Assembly: GCA_045655805.1 (NCBI GenBank)
Contig: JAZOPZ010000015.1
Coordinates: 41,704-105,703 of the forward strand
Source: Christensenellaceae bacterium
GTDB taxonomy: Bacteria; Bacillota; Clostridia; Christensenellales; Borkfalkiaceae
Reading direction: 5' to 3'
Length of the DNA stretch: 64,000 nucleotides
Shown here: positions 1-8,700 of the stretch, one piece after another
Numbering within the stretch: position 1 is the first letter of the stretch
Layout of the letters: every line of letters starts with the position of its first letter
Notes under the pieces: generated by a model
Databases searched by the model: none
The model's input: the letters and a program-made list of their open reading frames with translations, nothing else
What the model was told of the DNA's origin: nothing
Made by a program: the position numbers and the translations under genes

Positions 1-281
1 GAATCGTTGCCGTGTATGAGATATAACAACATATCTTGCGCACGGCCCTTTACTTTTTCGACTTGTGATTCCTGCAAGCCGAACCATTTTGCGACTTCAG
101 CACTATCTACACCGGTATTACCAAAATTCACGTAAATATCCAAGTGTGGCGTAGCGTCCTTATCTTTGTCGTGTAATATGTAAGCCCACCTTTTTATGGT
201 TGTGTACCGTTTCAAAATATCTTGAACCGGTTCTTTCAAAAATTCAGGCTGTGTAACAATTTCGTATTGTTTGAGTTTCAT
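1..281 (-). CDS. Rolling-circle replication initiator, RepB/pMV158-like (Rep_2 HUH family), first 93 codons only
   Basis: Absent from the ORF track because there is no stop in the window. Reverse translation from the ATG at 279-281 gives MKLKQYEIVTQPEFLKEPVQDILKRYTTIKRWAYILHDKDKDATPHLDIYVNF...DMLLYLIHGND. The LHDKDK and LYLxH blocks resemble the SPLHDKDK and YLYLTHES blocks of pMV158 RepB as I recall them. An AGGGGA RBS lies upstream. Confidence 0.6.
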   Translation of the reverse strand, partial: MKLKQYEIVTQPEFLKEPVQDILKRYTTIKRWAYILHDKDKDATPHLDIYVNFGNTGVDSAEVAKWFGLQESQVEKVKGRAQDMLLYLIHGND

Positions 282-316
282 ATTTATTAATCCCCTAAAA
301 ACTTAAACAAGAGTAT

Positions 317-336
317 TTTTTCCACCTTTTCCACCT
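317..336. repeat. Iteron pair 1 (2 x TTTTCCACC)
   Basis: The 20-mer ttttccaccttttccacctt recurs identically at 437-456. It lies just upstream of the rep start. Confidence 0.7.
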
Positions 337-342
337 TTTTAG

Positions 343-372
343 TGGACCGTTTGACAAGCCCTAACGGTCCAC
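343..372. repeat. Perfect 10-bp inverted repeat (GTGGACCGTT-N10-AACGGTCCAC), candidate nick or double-strand-origin hairpin
   Basis: Read directly from the sequence. It sits between the two iteron pairs, 60 nt upstream of rep. Confidence 0.55.
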
Positions 373-436
373 GTATAAAAAGATGTGATTTTAACAGAAG
401 AATTTTATGTCATTTTCAAGCCTTATTCAGTTGTTA

Positions 437-456
437 TTTTCCACCTTTTCCACCTT
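437..456. repeat. Iteron pair 2 (2 x TTTTCCACC)
   Basis: Identical to 317-336. Confidence 0.7.
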
Positions 457-498
457 GTTTTAAATTTTTAAATTACTTGTGGAAGTTAGAAAGATAGA

Positions 499-729
499 TT
501 AAGTATTTTCTTTTTCCTGATTCTTTTCAGGTAAGACTTCTGCAAAAGAAGAAAGGACCGTTTTACGTGTAAAAAACATTGAATCTTTGTCCGTTTCTTT
601 ATCAGGGAAATACTTCGGTTCAACCGGAATAAGCATATCACCACACTTTACAAAAAAGTTAGTGGCAGTTTTTTCGTTACCGTCTTTGTCTTTATAATTT
701 GCATTTTTCTTAAATAACTGTACGTTCAT
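499..729 (-). CDS. Hypothetical small protein (76 aa), co-oriented with rep
   Basis: ORF track entry with a GGAGAA RBS-like sequence upstream of the ATG at 729. No family recognised. Confidence 0.5.
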   Translation of the reverse strand: MNVQLFKKNANYKDKDGNEKTATNFFVKCGDMLIPVEPKYFPDKETDKDSMFFTRKTVLSSFAEVLPEKNQEKENT

Positions 730-875
730 AATTAATTTTCTCCTTGTCTATACGACCTTGAATTTTTTATACCCTTATAAAAGGGGATTGTGTCGGGCAG
801 TACGCCTACTGCCCAAACACAGAACACGCAGGCTTGTCTTACGTGTTATATAAAGGCTATACGCCAATATACTAG

Positions 876-945
876 TCGGGTATACAGGAATCGAACCTGC
901 TATCTTACCAACACAAAGGAAAAACATAAGATTGCCATTTACCCG
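876..945 (-). other. Degenerate tRNA-like sequence (canonical T-arm and acceptor, GTG anticodon-like loop)
   Basis: The reverse complement folds with acceptor CGGGTAA/ATACCCG (one mismatch) and T-arm GCAGG-TTCGATT-CCTGT. The anticodon arm TTCCT-TTGTGTT-GGTAA has a mismatch. The D-arm is weak, with no GG and two G-U pairs. No CCA and no G-1. Confidence 0.3.
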
Positions 946-1158
946 ATATTTAAAAACAAAAAAAGTTTTATACCTATCTGAATATAAGTATAAAACTATA
1001 CATATTTGAATGGCCGTGTAAAAAAATATTGTCAAAAAGTTGCAAAGTTCGTGGTTTTTTTGTATAATAGAATAGGTGGGAATTTCGCCACTTATATTAT
1101 TGTTAGTATATTATTGTAATATATATTGTAAATACATAAAGGATAATTGGAGAATATT

Positions 1159-2814
1159 ATGTTACTAACTTGTATTTTATCGTTACTTGCCGGTGGCGGG
1201 GTGTTTATGGTTGGTATGAGCACCTTAAGCGACGGACTTGAGCGTTGCGCCGGTAAAGGCGTAAAAAAACTGCTTGGTAAAATCGGTTCAAATAGATTTG
1301 CAGGCGTAGGTATAGGCGCTGTCGTTACGGGGATAATTCAAAGTTCAATGGCGACGACGGTTATGACGATAGGTTTTGTAAACGCCGGCGTTATGACGCT
1401 TTTGCAAGCAACTGCTATCGTTATGGGCGCAAATATCGGTACTACCGTTACGGGGTTGCTCGTTTCGCTTTCGGAATTTGATTTGTCGGTTTGGTTGTCG
1501 GCGTTTGCTTTCGTCGGGGTAATGATGTGCTTTTTTAAGTCCGACAAGATTAAAAAAATCGGCGGTATTTTATGCGGGTTCGGGCTACTGTTTATTGGTC
1601 TTGAACTTATGAGTTCGGCGTTTAGTAACGACGAGTTCAAGTTGTTTTTTATCGATATTTTTTCAAAGGTTGAATTTCCGATTTTACTCGTTATAATCGG
1701 TATGATATTTACCGTTTTAGTGCAAAGTTCGTCGGCGTCGACCGGTCTTATTATAATTATGGTAGGACAAGGCGCGTTAACCGTTTCAAACGCTTTATTT
1801 ATAGTGCTTGGTTCTAACATCGGTACTTGTTTTACGGCGTTTTTAGCGTCTATTGGCACTTGTAGGAACGCTAAACGAGTAAGCGTTATTCACTTGACTT
1901 TTAACATTCTCGGCACGGTTTTGTTCGGTGCGCTCGTTTGGATTTTTAACGACTTTGCGGTAAATTTATTGGCTAGTTTGACAAACAGTTTGCAGTTGCA
2001 AATTGCTCTATTCCACGTAGTTTTTAACGTGCTTACGACGGCAGTATTATTGCCGTTTGTAAAAGTGTTGGTTGATTTTTCAGGCAAGGTTATTAAAGAA
2101 GTCCCTGAAGAAAACCCTGAATATAAGTTGACATTCGTCGATAAACGATTGTTGATTACTCCGCAAGTTGCCCTTTCGCAGGCTAAAAAAGAACTTTCTA
2201 AAATGCTTACAGTTGCTAAAAAGAACGTTGCTCTTGCGGTTAATTGTGTGCTTACTGGTGATACTTCGGCGGAAAAAGATATTAGGTTTGACGAGGGGTT
2301 GCTTGACTTTACTAACGTTGAAATGTGTAAATACTTCGTTGACCTTGCCGACAAGTTACCGAAGTCCGACGAAAGTAAAGTGGCGTCGTACTTCCACGTG
2401 GTAAACGACTTGGAAAGAGTTGGCGACCACGCTGAAAACTTTTTGGAAATTGCCATTGAAATGAAGAATAACGGGCTTGGATTTTCACCGTTTGCTATTG
2501 AAGAATTAAAAGATATGTCTGCCGTGGTGGACGAGATGTTTGATCTTGCGCTTAAAGGGTTTGAAACCGGTGACGTTGAAACTTTGCGTCAACTTACCGC
2601 AAAGGAAAATCTTACCGACCAAGCAAAAGAAACTCTCACTGCGGGGCACTTTGCAAGGTTGTCTTCAAAGGATTGCGTTATTGAACTTTCGGCATACTTT
2701 ATGTCGTTTGTTTCGGGTATTGAAAGGGTTGCCGACCACCTTGTAAACGTTGGTTATAGCGCTCTTAACCCAACTGGTTCGCAAAGTCAAGCAAGAAATC
2801 AAGGTTTAGTATAA
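1159..2814 (+). CDS. Na/Pi cotransporter family protein with C-terminal PhoU-like domain (YjbB-like)
   Basis: ORF track 1147..2814; the ATG at 1159 is 6 nt after GGAG. Polytopic N-half with duplicated GANIGTT / GSNIGTC repeats. The C-half has paired ERVGDHAEN / ERVADHLVN PhoU-like motifs. Confidence 0.85.
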   Translation: MLLTCILSLLAGGGVFMVGMSTLSDGLERCAGKGVKKLLGKIGSNRFAGVGIGAVVTGIIQSSMATTVMTIGFVNAGVMTLLQATAIVMGANIGTTVTGLLVSLSEFDLSVWLSAFAFVGVMMCFFKSDKIKKIGGILCGFGLLFIGLELMSSAFSNDEFKLFFIDIFSKVEFPILLVIIGMIFTVLVQSSSASTGLIIIMVGQGALTVSNALFIVLGSNIGTCFTAFLASIGTCRNAKRVSVIHLTFNILGTVLFGALVWIFNDFAVNLLASLTNSLQLQIALFHVVFNVLTTAVLLPFVKVLVDFSGKVIKEVPEENPEYKLTFVDKRLLITPQVALSQAKKELSKMLTVAKKNVALAVNCVLTGDTSAEKDIRFDEGLLDFTNVEMCKYFVDLADKLPKSDESKVASYFHVVNDLERVGDHAENFLEIAIEMKNNGLGFSPFAIEELKDMSAVVDEMFDLALKGFETGDVETLRQLTAKENLTDQAKETLTAGHFARLSSKDCVIELSAYFMSFVSGIERVADHLVNVGYSALNPTGSQSQARNQGLV

Positions 2815-2831
2815 TACAAAATATAAATTAT

Positions 2832-2860
2832 AAAGCCCCTGGTGATAGGGGCTTTATATT
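2832..2860 (+). terminator. Intrinsic terminator
   Basis: AAAGCCCCT-ggtgat-AGGGGCTTT followed by a T-rich tail. Confidence 0.7.
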
Positions 2861-2886
2861 TGCGTAAAATACGGGTTTGGGGTATG

Positions 2887-2910
2887 AACGGTATCGTGAA
2901 AGTTGACCGT
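2887..2910 (+). repeat. Dispersed 24-nt repeat, copy 1 (AACGGTATCGTGAAAGTTGACCGT)
   Basis: Matches copies at 10977, 15420, 16794, 29666(-), 42509, 50635, 55072 and 55106. Confidence 0.8.
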
Positions 2911-3030
2911 TTTTAGGTGAGTGATGAGAGGGTGCATAGACATTAAGATTAAAAACGTGTAAATTTTTGCCAAAAAAGTTTACATTTATTTACCATAATG
3001 GTATAATGAGAAAAAACTTGTGAGGTTTTT

Positions 3031-3780
3031 ATGCACGAATTATTTGGTACAAAGCATTTGATTTTGATAGCGATTTCTTTTGCTCTTATAGTGGGGCTTT
3101 ATTTTTTGGCAAGAAGATTTAAGTTTTCCACCGTTGCTAAAACGCTTTTTTGCGTTGGTATTGTTTCAGAGATAGTTAAAATTTTTTACTACATAGTGGC
3201 TAACGAGGCTACGCACGGTGGCGTTTTGCCAAAGTCCGATTTGCCTTTTCACCTTTGCTCTATTCAAATAATTTTTATATCAGTAGTAGTGCTTGCTAAA
3301 AGCGACGCGTTGAAAAGGTTTATAATTTCATTTATGATACCTAGTTGTTTATTCGGTGGTATTGCGGCGATTTTAATCGCTACTGAATCTGCAAGGAATT
3401 CAACCATAATTACTATACAATACTTTTTATATCACGTTGCGATTACCGTGTTTGCTCTTTACGTATTGCTTGGCAAGGAATATAATCTTGAAATTAAAGA
3501 TTACTTTAACTGCCTTAAATTCTTGCTCGTTATAATGTTCTTTGCGATATATATTAACAGTATGCTTTCAGATGGCGTTCACAACACCAACTTTATGTAC
3601 GTGGTTGCGCCACCTCAAAAGAATTTGCCGTACCTTAACAATAATAACGGTTGGCTTTCTTACATTTTGCGTTACGCCTTACTTATACTCGTTTGTGTAT
3701 CCCTTTGTTATATCAAACCGATTGTTGGTGCTGTAAAAGGTGTTATTCAAAATAAAAAGTCCTCAAAAGTTGAAGAATAA
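3031..3780 (+). CDS. Integral membrane protein, YwaF/TIGR02206-like
   Basis: Multi-TM ORF. The LPFHLCSIQ motif resembles the YwaF family. TTTACA-17-TATAAT promoter at 2979-3007. Confidence 0.55.
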   Translation: MHELFGTKHLILIAISFALIVGLYFLARRFKFSTVAKTLFCVGIVSEIVKIFYYIVANEATHGGVLPKSDLPFHLCSIQIIFISVVVLAKSDALKRFIISFMIPSCLFGGIAAILIATESARNSTIITIQYFLYHVAITVFALYVLLGKEYNLEIKDYFNCLKFLLVIMFFAIYINSMLSDGVHNTNFMYVVAPPQKNLPYLNNNNGWLSYILRYALLILVCVSLCYIKPIVGAVKGVIQNKKSSKVEE

Positions 3781-3793
3781 ATATGGCATAAGT

Positions 3794-3822
3794 AAAAGCG
3801 CGCCCTTACGGGGCGCTTTTTT
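3794..3822 (+). terminator. Intrinsic terminator
   Basis: GC-rich hairpin aaaagcgcgccc-ttac-ggggcgc followed by TTTTTT. Confidence 0.75.
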
Positions 3823-3967
3823 GTTTGCTGTATTTGTGCATTTTTGTAAAATTTGACGAAAAAATTGTTTTTCATCAAAATTTTGCCTCGATTTTATAGG
3901 GCAAATTGCACAAAGTACTTGAAACTTGTCTTCTAAAGATGTATAATTACACCATAAGGAGATTGTT

Positions 3968-5017
3968 ATGGATTTTGAATTAAATTCCGTTTTGAGCGGT
4001 ATTAAGGAAAAAACGGGGATTGAAGTTGCCGTTTACACCGATGGGTTAAGGTTTATTGCTAGTACCGACGGCGTAGGTGAAATTTTGTTGCCTCAAAAAA
4101 ATGATTTTGACGGAGTGTTGCAAGACGCGTCAACCGGCAATACCTATTTTAAGGTTAGGTATAAAAATTCGGATATGACGGGCGTTATTAAGGGTGTTAC
4201 TAGAATTGAAAAAAATTACGCATCTTTGATTTCTGAACTTATCGAAGCCTCTACTGGTAGAGATTTGGAACTTTCGCAAGCGGAATATTTTAAGGCGATT
4301 TTAGCAGGTGAGTGTAACCGTCAGCAAGTTCAAAAGTATGAGAAAAATTATTCAATCCCTCAAAAGCCTTGTTTCGTTTTGGCTGTTCAAGGGCAAGGAA
4401 TTAAAAAACAGGATTTGATTAACGTCCTTACTACTTTTGGCGCTGGCGAACACGACTACGCCGTTGTTATGGAAGAGGGGCTTTGTGCTTTCGTTAAGTT
4501 CGTTGATGAAAATATCGTCGATTATCAGTCATCTACTGATTTTGCAGGTTTTTTAATGCAGTCGGTTAAAGAAGAGACGGGCGTTACCGTGTCTATCGGC
4601 GTTGGTTCTACAGTAAAAGATTTTGCAGAAGTTTCCGTTTCGTACGCTCAAGCCGTTACCACCGTTAGGATGGCGGGCATAATGGGTAGCAAGGGACAAG
4701 TCCATTCTTATAAAGAACACGTTCTTTTGACTATGCTTAAAGATTTGTCGAAGGCTAAACTCGGCGAGTATTTAGAGACGCTTTTAGACGACGATGCGCG
4801 TGAAATTTTTAACGACACTGAAATGACTAATACGGCTGAAGAATTCCTTGAAAACAGCCTTAACGTGAGCGAGACTTCTAGAAAGTTGTATCTTCACAGA
4901 AACACGCTTATGTATCGTTTGGATAAAATTGAGCGAGAAACGGGGCTTAATATTCGCAAGTTTTCGGACGCAGTTATTTTCCGTTTGATTACTATACTTT
5001 TAAAACTTACAAAATGA
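3968..5017 (+). CDS. PucR/CdaR-family transcriptional regulator
   Basis: C-terminal PucR-type HTH (SETSRKLYLHRNTLMYRLDKIERETGLN). GGAG RBS. Confidence 0.7.
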   Translation: MDFELNSVLSGIKEKTGIEVAVYTDGLRFIASTDGVGEILLPQKNDFDGVLQDASTGNTYFKVRYKNSDMTGVIKGVTRIEKNYASLISELIEASTGRDLELSQAEYFKAILAGECNRQQVQKYEKNYSIPQKPCFVLAVQGQGIKKQDLINVLTTFGAGEHDYAVVMEEGLCAFVKFVDENIVDYQSSTDFAGFLMQSVKEETGVTVSIGVGSTVKDFAEVSVSYAQAVTTVRMAGIMGSKGQVHSYKEHVLLTMLKDLSKAKLGEYLETLLDDDAREIFNDTEMTNTAEEFLENSLNVSETSRKLYLHRNTLMYRLDKIERETGLNIRKFSDAVIFRLITILLKLTK

Positions 5018-5110
5018 TTGCATTTTGGCTTAAAAGTAAAAAAATGGTAATAAAATAAGTGGCGAAGATTTCGCAAAAAATAAAAACCACGGTTAGTGGT
5101 TGGGTGTTAA

Positions 5111-6385
5111 ATGAAAAAATATAATAAAATTCTCGCAGTAATACTTTGTGTATTATTAATGGGTATAGGGTTTGGTGCTGGTTTTTTAACTAATTCGTTA
5201 ATAAATAAGGATTACGAGGAACTAAATTGGGTTCTCGAACAAATTGACGAAAATTATCTCGTTTACGATGAGGAAACGGGAGAGGTTAGAAGTCTTTCCG
5301 AAACCGAATATATCAAAATTTTAATAAGTGGGTTAAAGGCTGAAGGCTTTTTGGATAGGTATTCTACCTACTACGATAAGCAGGGGTATTCCGACTTAAT
5401 TTTATCAAGTCAAGGAAATGCTTACGGCGTAGGTGTCGGTTTTTTTGACGAAGTGCTTGAAATAGGTACGGTTGCTTATAATTCACCGCTATATAAAGCC
5501 TTGAACGGCGCTGACGTGACTGGTAAAAGCATTACTGCCATTGCCGATTTGAGTGGTAATATTACCGAAATTACTTCTTATCAACATTTTAAACAACTTC
5601 TTGCAGGTTATCAAGAAAGCGTGGTATTTAATTTGTATATCGACGGAGTTCCGTATCAAGTATCTAAACAAGCCTTTGTAGAGTCTTACGTTAAGTATGT
5701 TGATAATGAAAAAACTTTGTCGTTTTCGTCAGACTACGGTGCAAAACCGTTAAAAACGGAAATCCTTTCCGGCGACGCCACTTTACCTAGCGACACTGCT
5801 TATATTGCCTTAAAGGAATTTAACGGCAATGCGGGTGAAGAATTCGCTATCGCTATGAACTATTTACAAGAGCGTGGCAAAAGTAAACTTATACTTGACT
5901 TGCGTAACAACGGCGGTGGGTATATGAATATACTTTCTACCGTAACGTCATATTTAACGGACGGCAACGGTGACCGTAAAAATACCGTCGCTATCGTAAA
6001 ATATAAAGACGGCAAGAGTGAAACTTTCAAAACCGAAAGCAATAATTATATTGCTCTTGATAAACTTACCGTAATTGCTAACGAAAATTCTGCGTCGGCA
6101 TCAGAGTGCCTTATTGGCGCGTTGATTTCTTACGGTGAACTTTCTTACGACAATTTAATCGTCGCTAATTTTGATTATGCTATCGGTACGCAAAATACCA
6201 CTTACGGCAAGGGAATTATGCAAACGACTTTTCCGTCTAAAAACGATACTGCGATAAAACTTACCACGGCTTACGTTTTTTGGCCAGATGGAACTACTAA
6301 TATCCACGGTAAAGGCATAAAGGCTACGATAGAAAATAGTTGCGTTTATCAAGACGCTTACGCTTTGGCTATAGCAAAGCAATAA
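5111..6385 (+). CDS. S41-family (C-terminal processing) peptidase with N-terminal membrane anchor
   Basis: LILDLRNNGGG and ENSASASE motifs typical of S41 peptidases. N-terminal TM helix. Confidence 0.7.
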   Translation: MKKYNKILAVILCVLLMGIGFGAGFLTNSLINKDYEELNWVLEQIDENYLVYDEETGEVRSLSETEYIKILISGLKAEGFLDRYSTYYDKQGYSDLILSSQGNAYGVGVGFFDEVLEIGTVAYNSPLYKALNGADVTGKSITAIADLSGNITEITSYQHFKQLLAGYQESVVFNLYIDGVPYQVSKQAFVESYVKYVDNEKTLSFSSDYGAKPLKTEILSGDATLPSDTAYIALKEFNGNAGEEFAIAMNYLQERGKSKLILDLRNNGGGYMNILSTVTSYLTDGNGDRKNTVAIVKYKDGKSETFKTESNNYIALDKLTVIANENSASASECLIGALISYGELSYDNLIVANFDYAIGTQNTTYGKGIMQTTFPSKNDTAIKLTTAYVFWPDGTTNIHGKGIKATIENSCVYQDAYALAIAKQ

Positions 6386-6424
6386 ACGGTAGCGTTTGGC
6401 GATACCGTTTTATGTCAAAATGCG

Positions 6425-6709
6425 CTAAATAGTTTGTGTTTCGGCAGTTAATAGACTAAAAATCTCATCACCAGCTAGCGTTTTTAAGTCAAACTCTATT
6501 TGCGTTTCGTTGGGCTTGGTGCAGGTAGAGGATTGGCTGTTTTGTGGCATAAACAACGGTAGGACGGCTGAAAGCAGTCCGTTTAAATCTATGCCGTAAA
6601 GCGCTGATTTTAAGTCAAAACCGTTTTTAAAAAGATTTTCAAGCAAAGGCGTTAAGTCTTTGCTTTTTTCACCTAAAAATATTGATAAAAGACTTTCGAG
6701 TAAATTCAT
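6425..6709 (-). CDS. Hypothetical protein (94 aa)
   Basis: ORF track 6425..6745. The internal ATG at 6709 has a GGGGAAAAAT RBS context. No family recognised. Confidence 0.5.
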   Translation of the reverse strand: MNLLESLLSIFLGEKSKDLTPLLENLFKNGFDLKSALYGIDLNGLLSAVLPLFMPQNSQSSTCTKPNETQIEFDLKTLAGDEIFSLLTAETQTI

Positions 6710-6787
6710 AATTTTTCCCCGTACCTTATATATTATGAACGGCATAATATAATAATGTGCCTATTAAGGCTAAAAAAGGAGCGTGTT

Positions 6788-7081
6788 ATGGAAGATTTTG
6801 AAAGTTATTCAAAAGGCAAAACTGCGTCTAAAAACAGGTCCGAAGAAGGATCTTCGCCGAAAATTGAAGACCTTGTAAAAATGCTAGTTGGTAAGTACGA
6901 CGGCAAAAGCGAAAATGATTTACTCAAGGCGATTTTTAAGGAGGCGGAAAAGGGAAGAAAAAACGGAACGCTTAAAGATGAGGATATCGACCGTTTTGCT
7001 AGTATTTTAGCGCCGTTGGTAGATCCGTCAAAGCGCAAAAAACTTTACGAAGTATGCGAAAAACTTAAAAAACAAAAGTAA
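6788..7081 (+). CDS. Hypothetical charged protein (97 aa)
   Basis: ORF track 6755..7081. The ATG at 6788 is preceded by AAGGAG. A terminator hairpin follows at 7087-7104. Confidence 0.55.
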   Translation: MEDFESYSKGKTASKNRSEEGSSPKIEDLVKMLVGKYDGKSENDLLKAIFKEAEKGRKNGTLKDEDIDRFASILAPLVDPSKRKKLYEVCEKLKKQK

Positions 7082-7114
7082 TAAAAGCGACCAACGGTCG
7101 CTTTTAATTTGCTT

Positions 7115-8230
7115 TTATAAGGTTTTTAACGCCGTTAAAAGTTCATCTATTTCAGAAACTGTGTTTTGTGCTGATAGGCTTACTCTAACGCATCCCGACT
7201 TTTTAGTGCCTAAAAATTCGTGCATTAAAGGTGCGCAATGATAGCCACCACGAGTGGCGATATCAAAGTCTTCGCTTAACCTGTAAGATAATTGAGAACT
7301 TTCGTAGCCACTCAAGTTAAAGGAAACTATGCCACACTCGTTAGCGGTTGAATAGACGGTTACGCCACTGATTCTTTTTAGTTCTTTAATAAGGTATTCC
7401 GTTTTGCTCTTTAACGCTTTGCTAAAATGCGCAAGGACTTTTTCGGTGTGCAAAACAGCCTCGCCAAGGCTTGCTATAGCCGGTAGATTAAGAGTGCCAC
7501 TTTCTAGCCTCTCGGGCATTGTTTCGGGTTGTAAAAGTGAAAAGGTTTCCGTTCCGGTGCCTCCCATTATAAAGGGGCGACAGTCAACTCCGTCGTTCAA
7601 GATTAGTGCGCCACTACCGGCAATTCCACCTAGCGCTTTGTGTCCAGCAACGGCTAGCATTGAGATATTATCTTTAATTATATCTATCTTTTTATGACCT
7701 GCAAGTTGAGCGCCGTCGATAAGCAAGAGTACACCTTTGGCGTTTAACGTATGCGCCAAATCTTGCCATTTGGTAACTTCACCCGTGACGTTGGACGCCC
7801 CGTTTATTGCTACTAAATATGTGTTCTTTTGTAGTTTATTAAGGATTGGTGCAGTTAGGTCTCCATTTGTAGGTTTAATAACGGTTAGTGTTATAACGCC
7901 TATGCTTTGCAAAAAATATAGAGGGCGTAAAACGGAATTGTGTTCGTAAACGGTAGTTATTACGTGGCCACCTTTTTTCACCGTGCCAAAAATTGCCGTA
8001 TTTAACGCTTGGGTACAGTTAGCCGTAAACACGACGTTGTTTATAGTTTTTACATTAAAAAATTTTGCTACGCTTTTTCTTGCGTCAAAAATTAGTTCAG
8101 CCCCTTTTAGTGAAAGTCTATGGCTACTTCTGCCTGGATTTGCGTTAAGGTGCTTTATAAGTGTGGTGGCTGTTTCTGTTACGGCGGAAGTTTTAAATCC
8201 ACCCGTTGCGCCGTTGTCAAAATATATCAT
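7115..8230 (-). CDS. Class V aminotransferase / cysteine desulfurase family protein
   Basis: N-terminal IYFDNGATG and a PLP-lysine context (AGHKALGG) typical of the NifS/CsdA-like fold. Confidence 0.8.
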   Translation of the reverse strand: MIYFDNGATGGFKTSAVTETATTLIKHLNANPGRSSHRLSLKGAELIFDARKSVAKFFNVKTINNVVFTANCTQALNTAIFGTVKKGGHVITTVYEHNSVLRPLYFLQSIGVITLTVIKPTNGDLTAPILNKLQKNTYLVAINGASNVTGEVTKWQDLAHTLNAKGVLLLIDGAQLAGHKKIDIIKDNISMLAVAGHKALGGIAGSGALILNDGVDCRPFIMGGTGTETFSLLQPETMPERLESGTLNLPAIASLGEAVLHTEKVLAHFSKALKSKTEYLIKELKRISGVTVYSTANECGIVSFNLSGYESSQLSYRLSEDFDIATRGGYHCAPLMHEFLGTKKSGCVRVSLSAQNTVSEIDELLTALKTL

Positions 8231-8324
8231 AAGTTGTTCTCCGTGATTGTTTTGTGTAACTTTAATAAAATTTACCTAATACAATATATAAAGGGGAAGT
8301 AATTTTTATGCAAAGGAGAAGTAT

Positions 8325-8585
8325 ATGGATTTTATTATAGTGGCGTTTTCTTCTAGAACGGACGCTATGCGCTTTAAGGAAACGGCCATAAAAAAAGGGG
8401 TAAAAGCAAGTATTTTGCCAACTCCTAAAGAAGCAGGTGTGGGGTGTGGTTTATCGGTTAAAATTTACCAAGCCGACGTCGGTTTGGTAAAAAGTCTTAT
8501 AAATATTCCGCCTAAACTAAACGCTGTGGGTATTTTTTACGTGTCTGTTAGGGGTGGGCATTCTTTTATACGAGTTGTGCGTTAG
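8325..8585 (+). CDS. DUF3343-family small protein (putative S/Se carrier-like)
   Basis: 86 aa. The pattern IVAFSS..DAMRFKE....GVKASILPTPKE..VGCGLS matches the DUF3343 signature. Divergent from the desulfurase gene. Confidence 0.7.
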   Translation: MDFIIVAFSSRTDAMRFKETAIKKGVKASILPTPKEAGVGCGLSVKIYQADVGLVKSLINIPPKLNAVGIFYVSVRGGHSFIRVVR

Positions 8586-8700
8586 ATTATAGTTATACAC
8601 AGGGCGTTCGCTACTAAAATAGCGCGCCCTTTTAAAATGCCTTTCAAAAAGTTGAAAAATTATGACGATTGTGTTATTATTACATAACGAAGGGTTTAGT

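Larger units (their letters stand above)
1..875. mobile_element. Right-hand end of a plasmid-like or integrated rolling-circle replicon (rep 5' part, origin-like repeats, one small ORF); extends beyond the left edge
   Basis: Rep_2-like N-terminus, an iteron pair and a 10-bp inverted repeat upstream of it, followed by a tRNA-like sequence at 876-945. The boundary is inferred, not demonstrated. Confidence 0.4.

Noticed and set aside
876-945. Calling this a functional tRNA-His (GTG).
   Set aside because: The D-arm lacks the conserved GG and needs two G-U pairs. There are anticodon-stem and acceptor mismatches, T at position 37, no G-1 and no CCA. It is more likely a decayed tRNA or att remnant.
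775-1035. ORFs 775..1035(-) and 790..981(+) over the tRNA-like region.
   Set aside because: They overlap each other and the tRNA-like sequence, give odd low-complexity translations and have no RBS.
2901-2906. The TTGACC inside the dispersed repeat as a -35 promoter box.
   Set aside because: No consistent -10 hexamer lies 16-18 nt downstream across the copies.
2884-2916. Mini-ORF MNGIVKVDRF overlapping repeat copy 1 (similar short frames end soon after other copies).
   Set aside because: Only this copy has an ATG. The other copies lack start codons or an RBS. The idea is noted as an alternative reading in the repeat finding but is not supportable as a gene.
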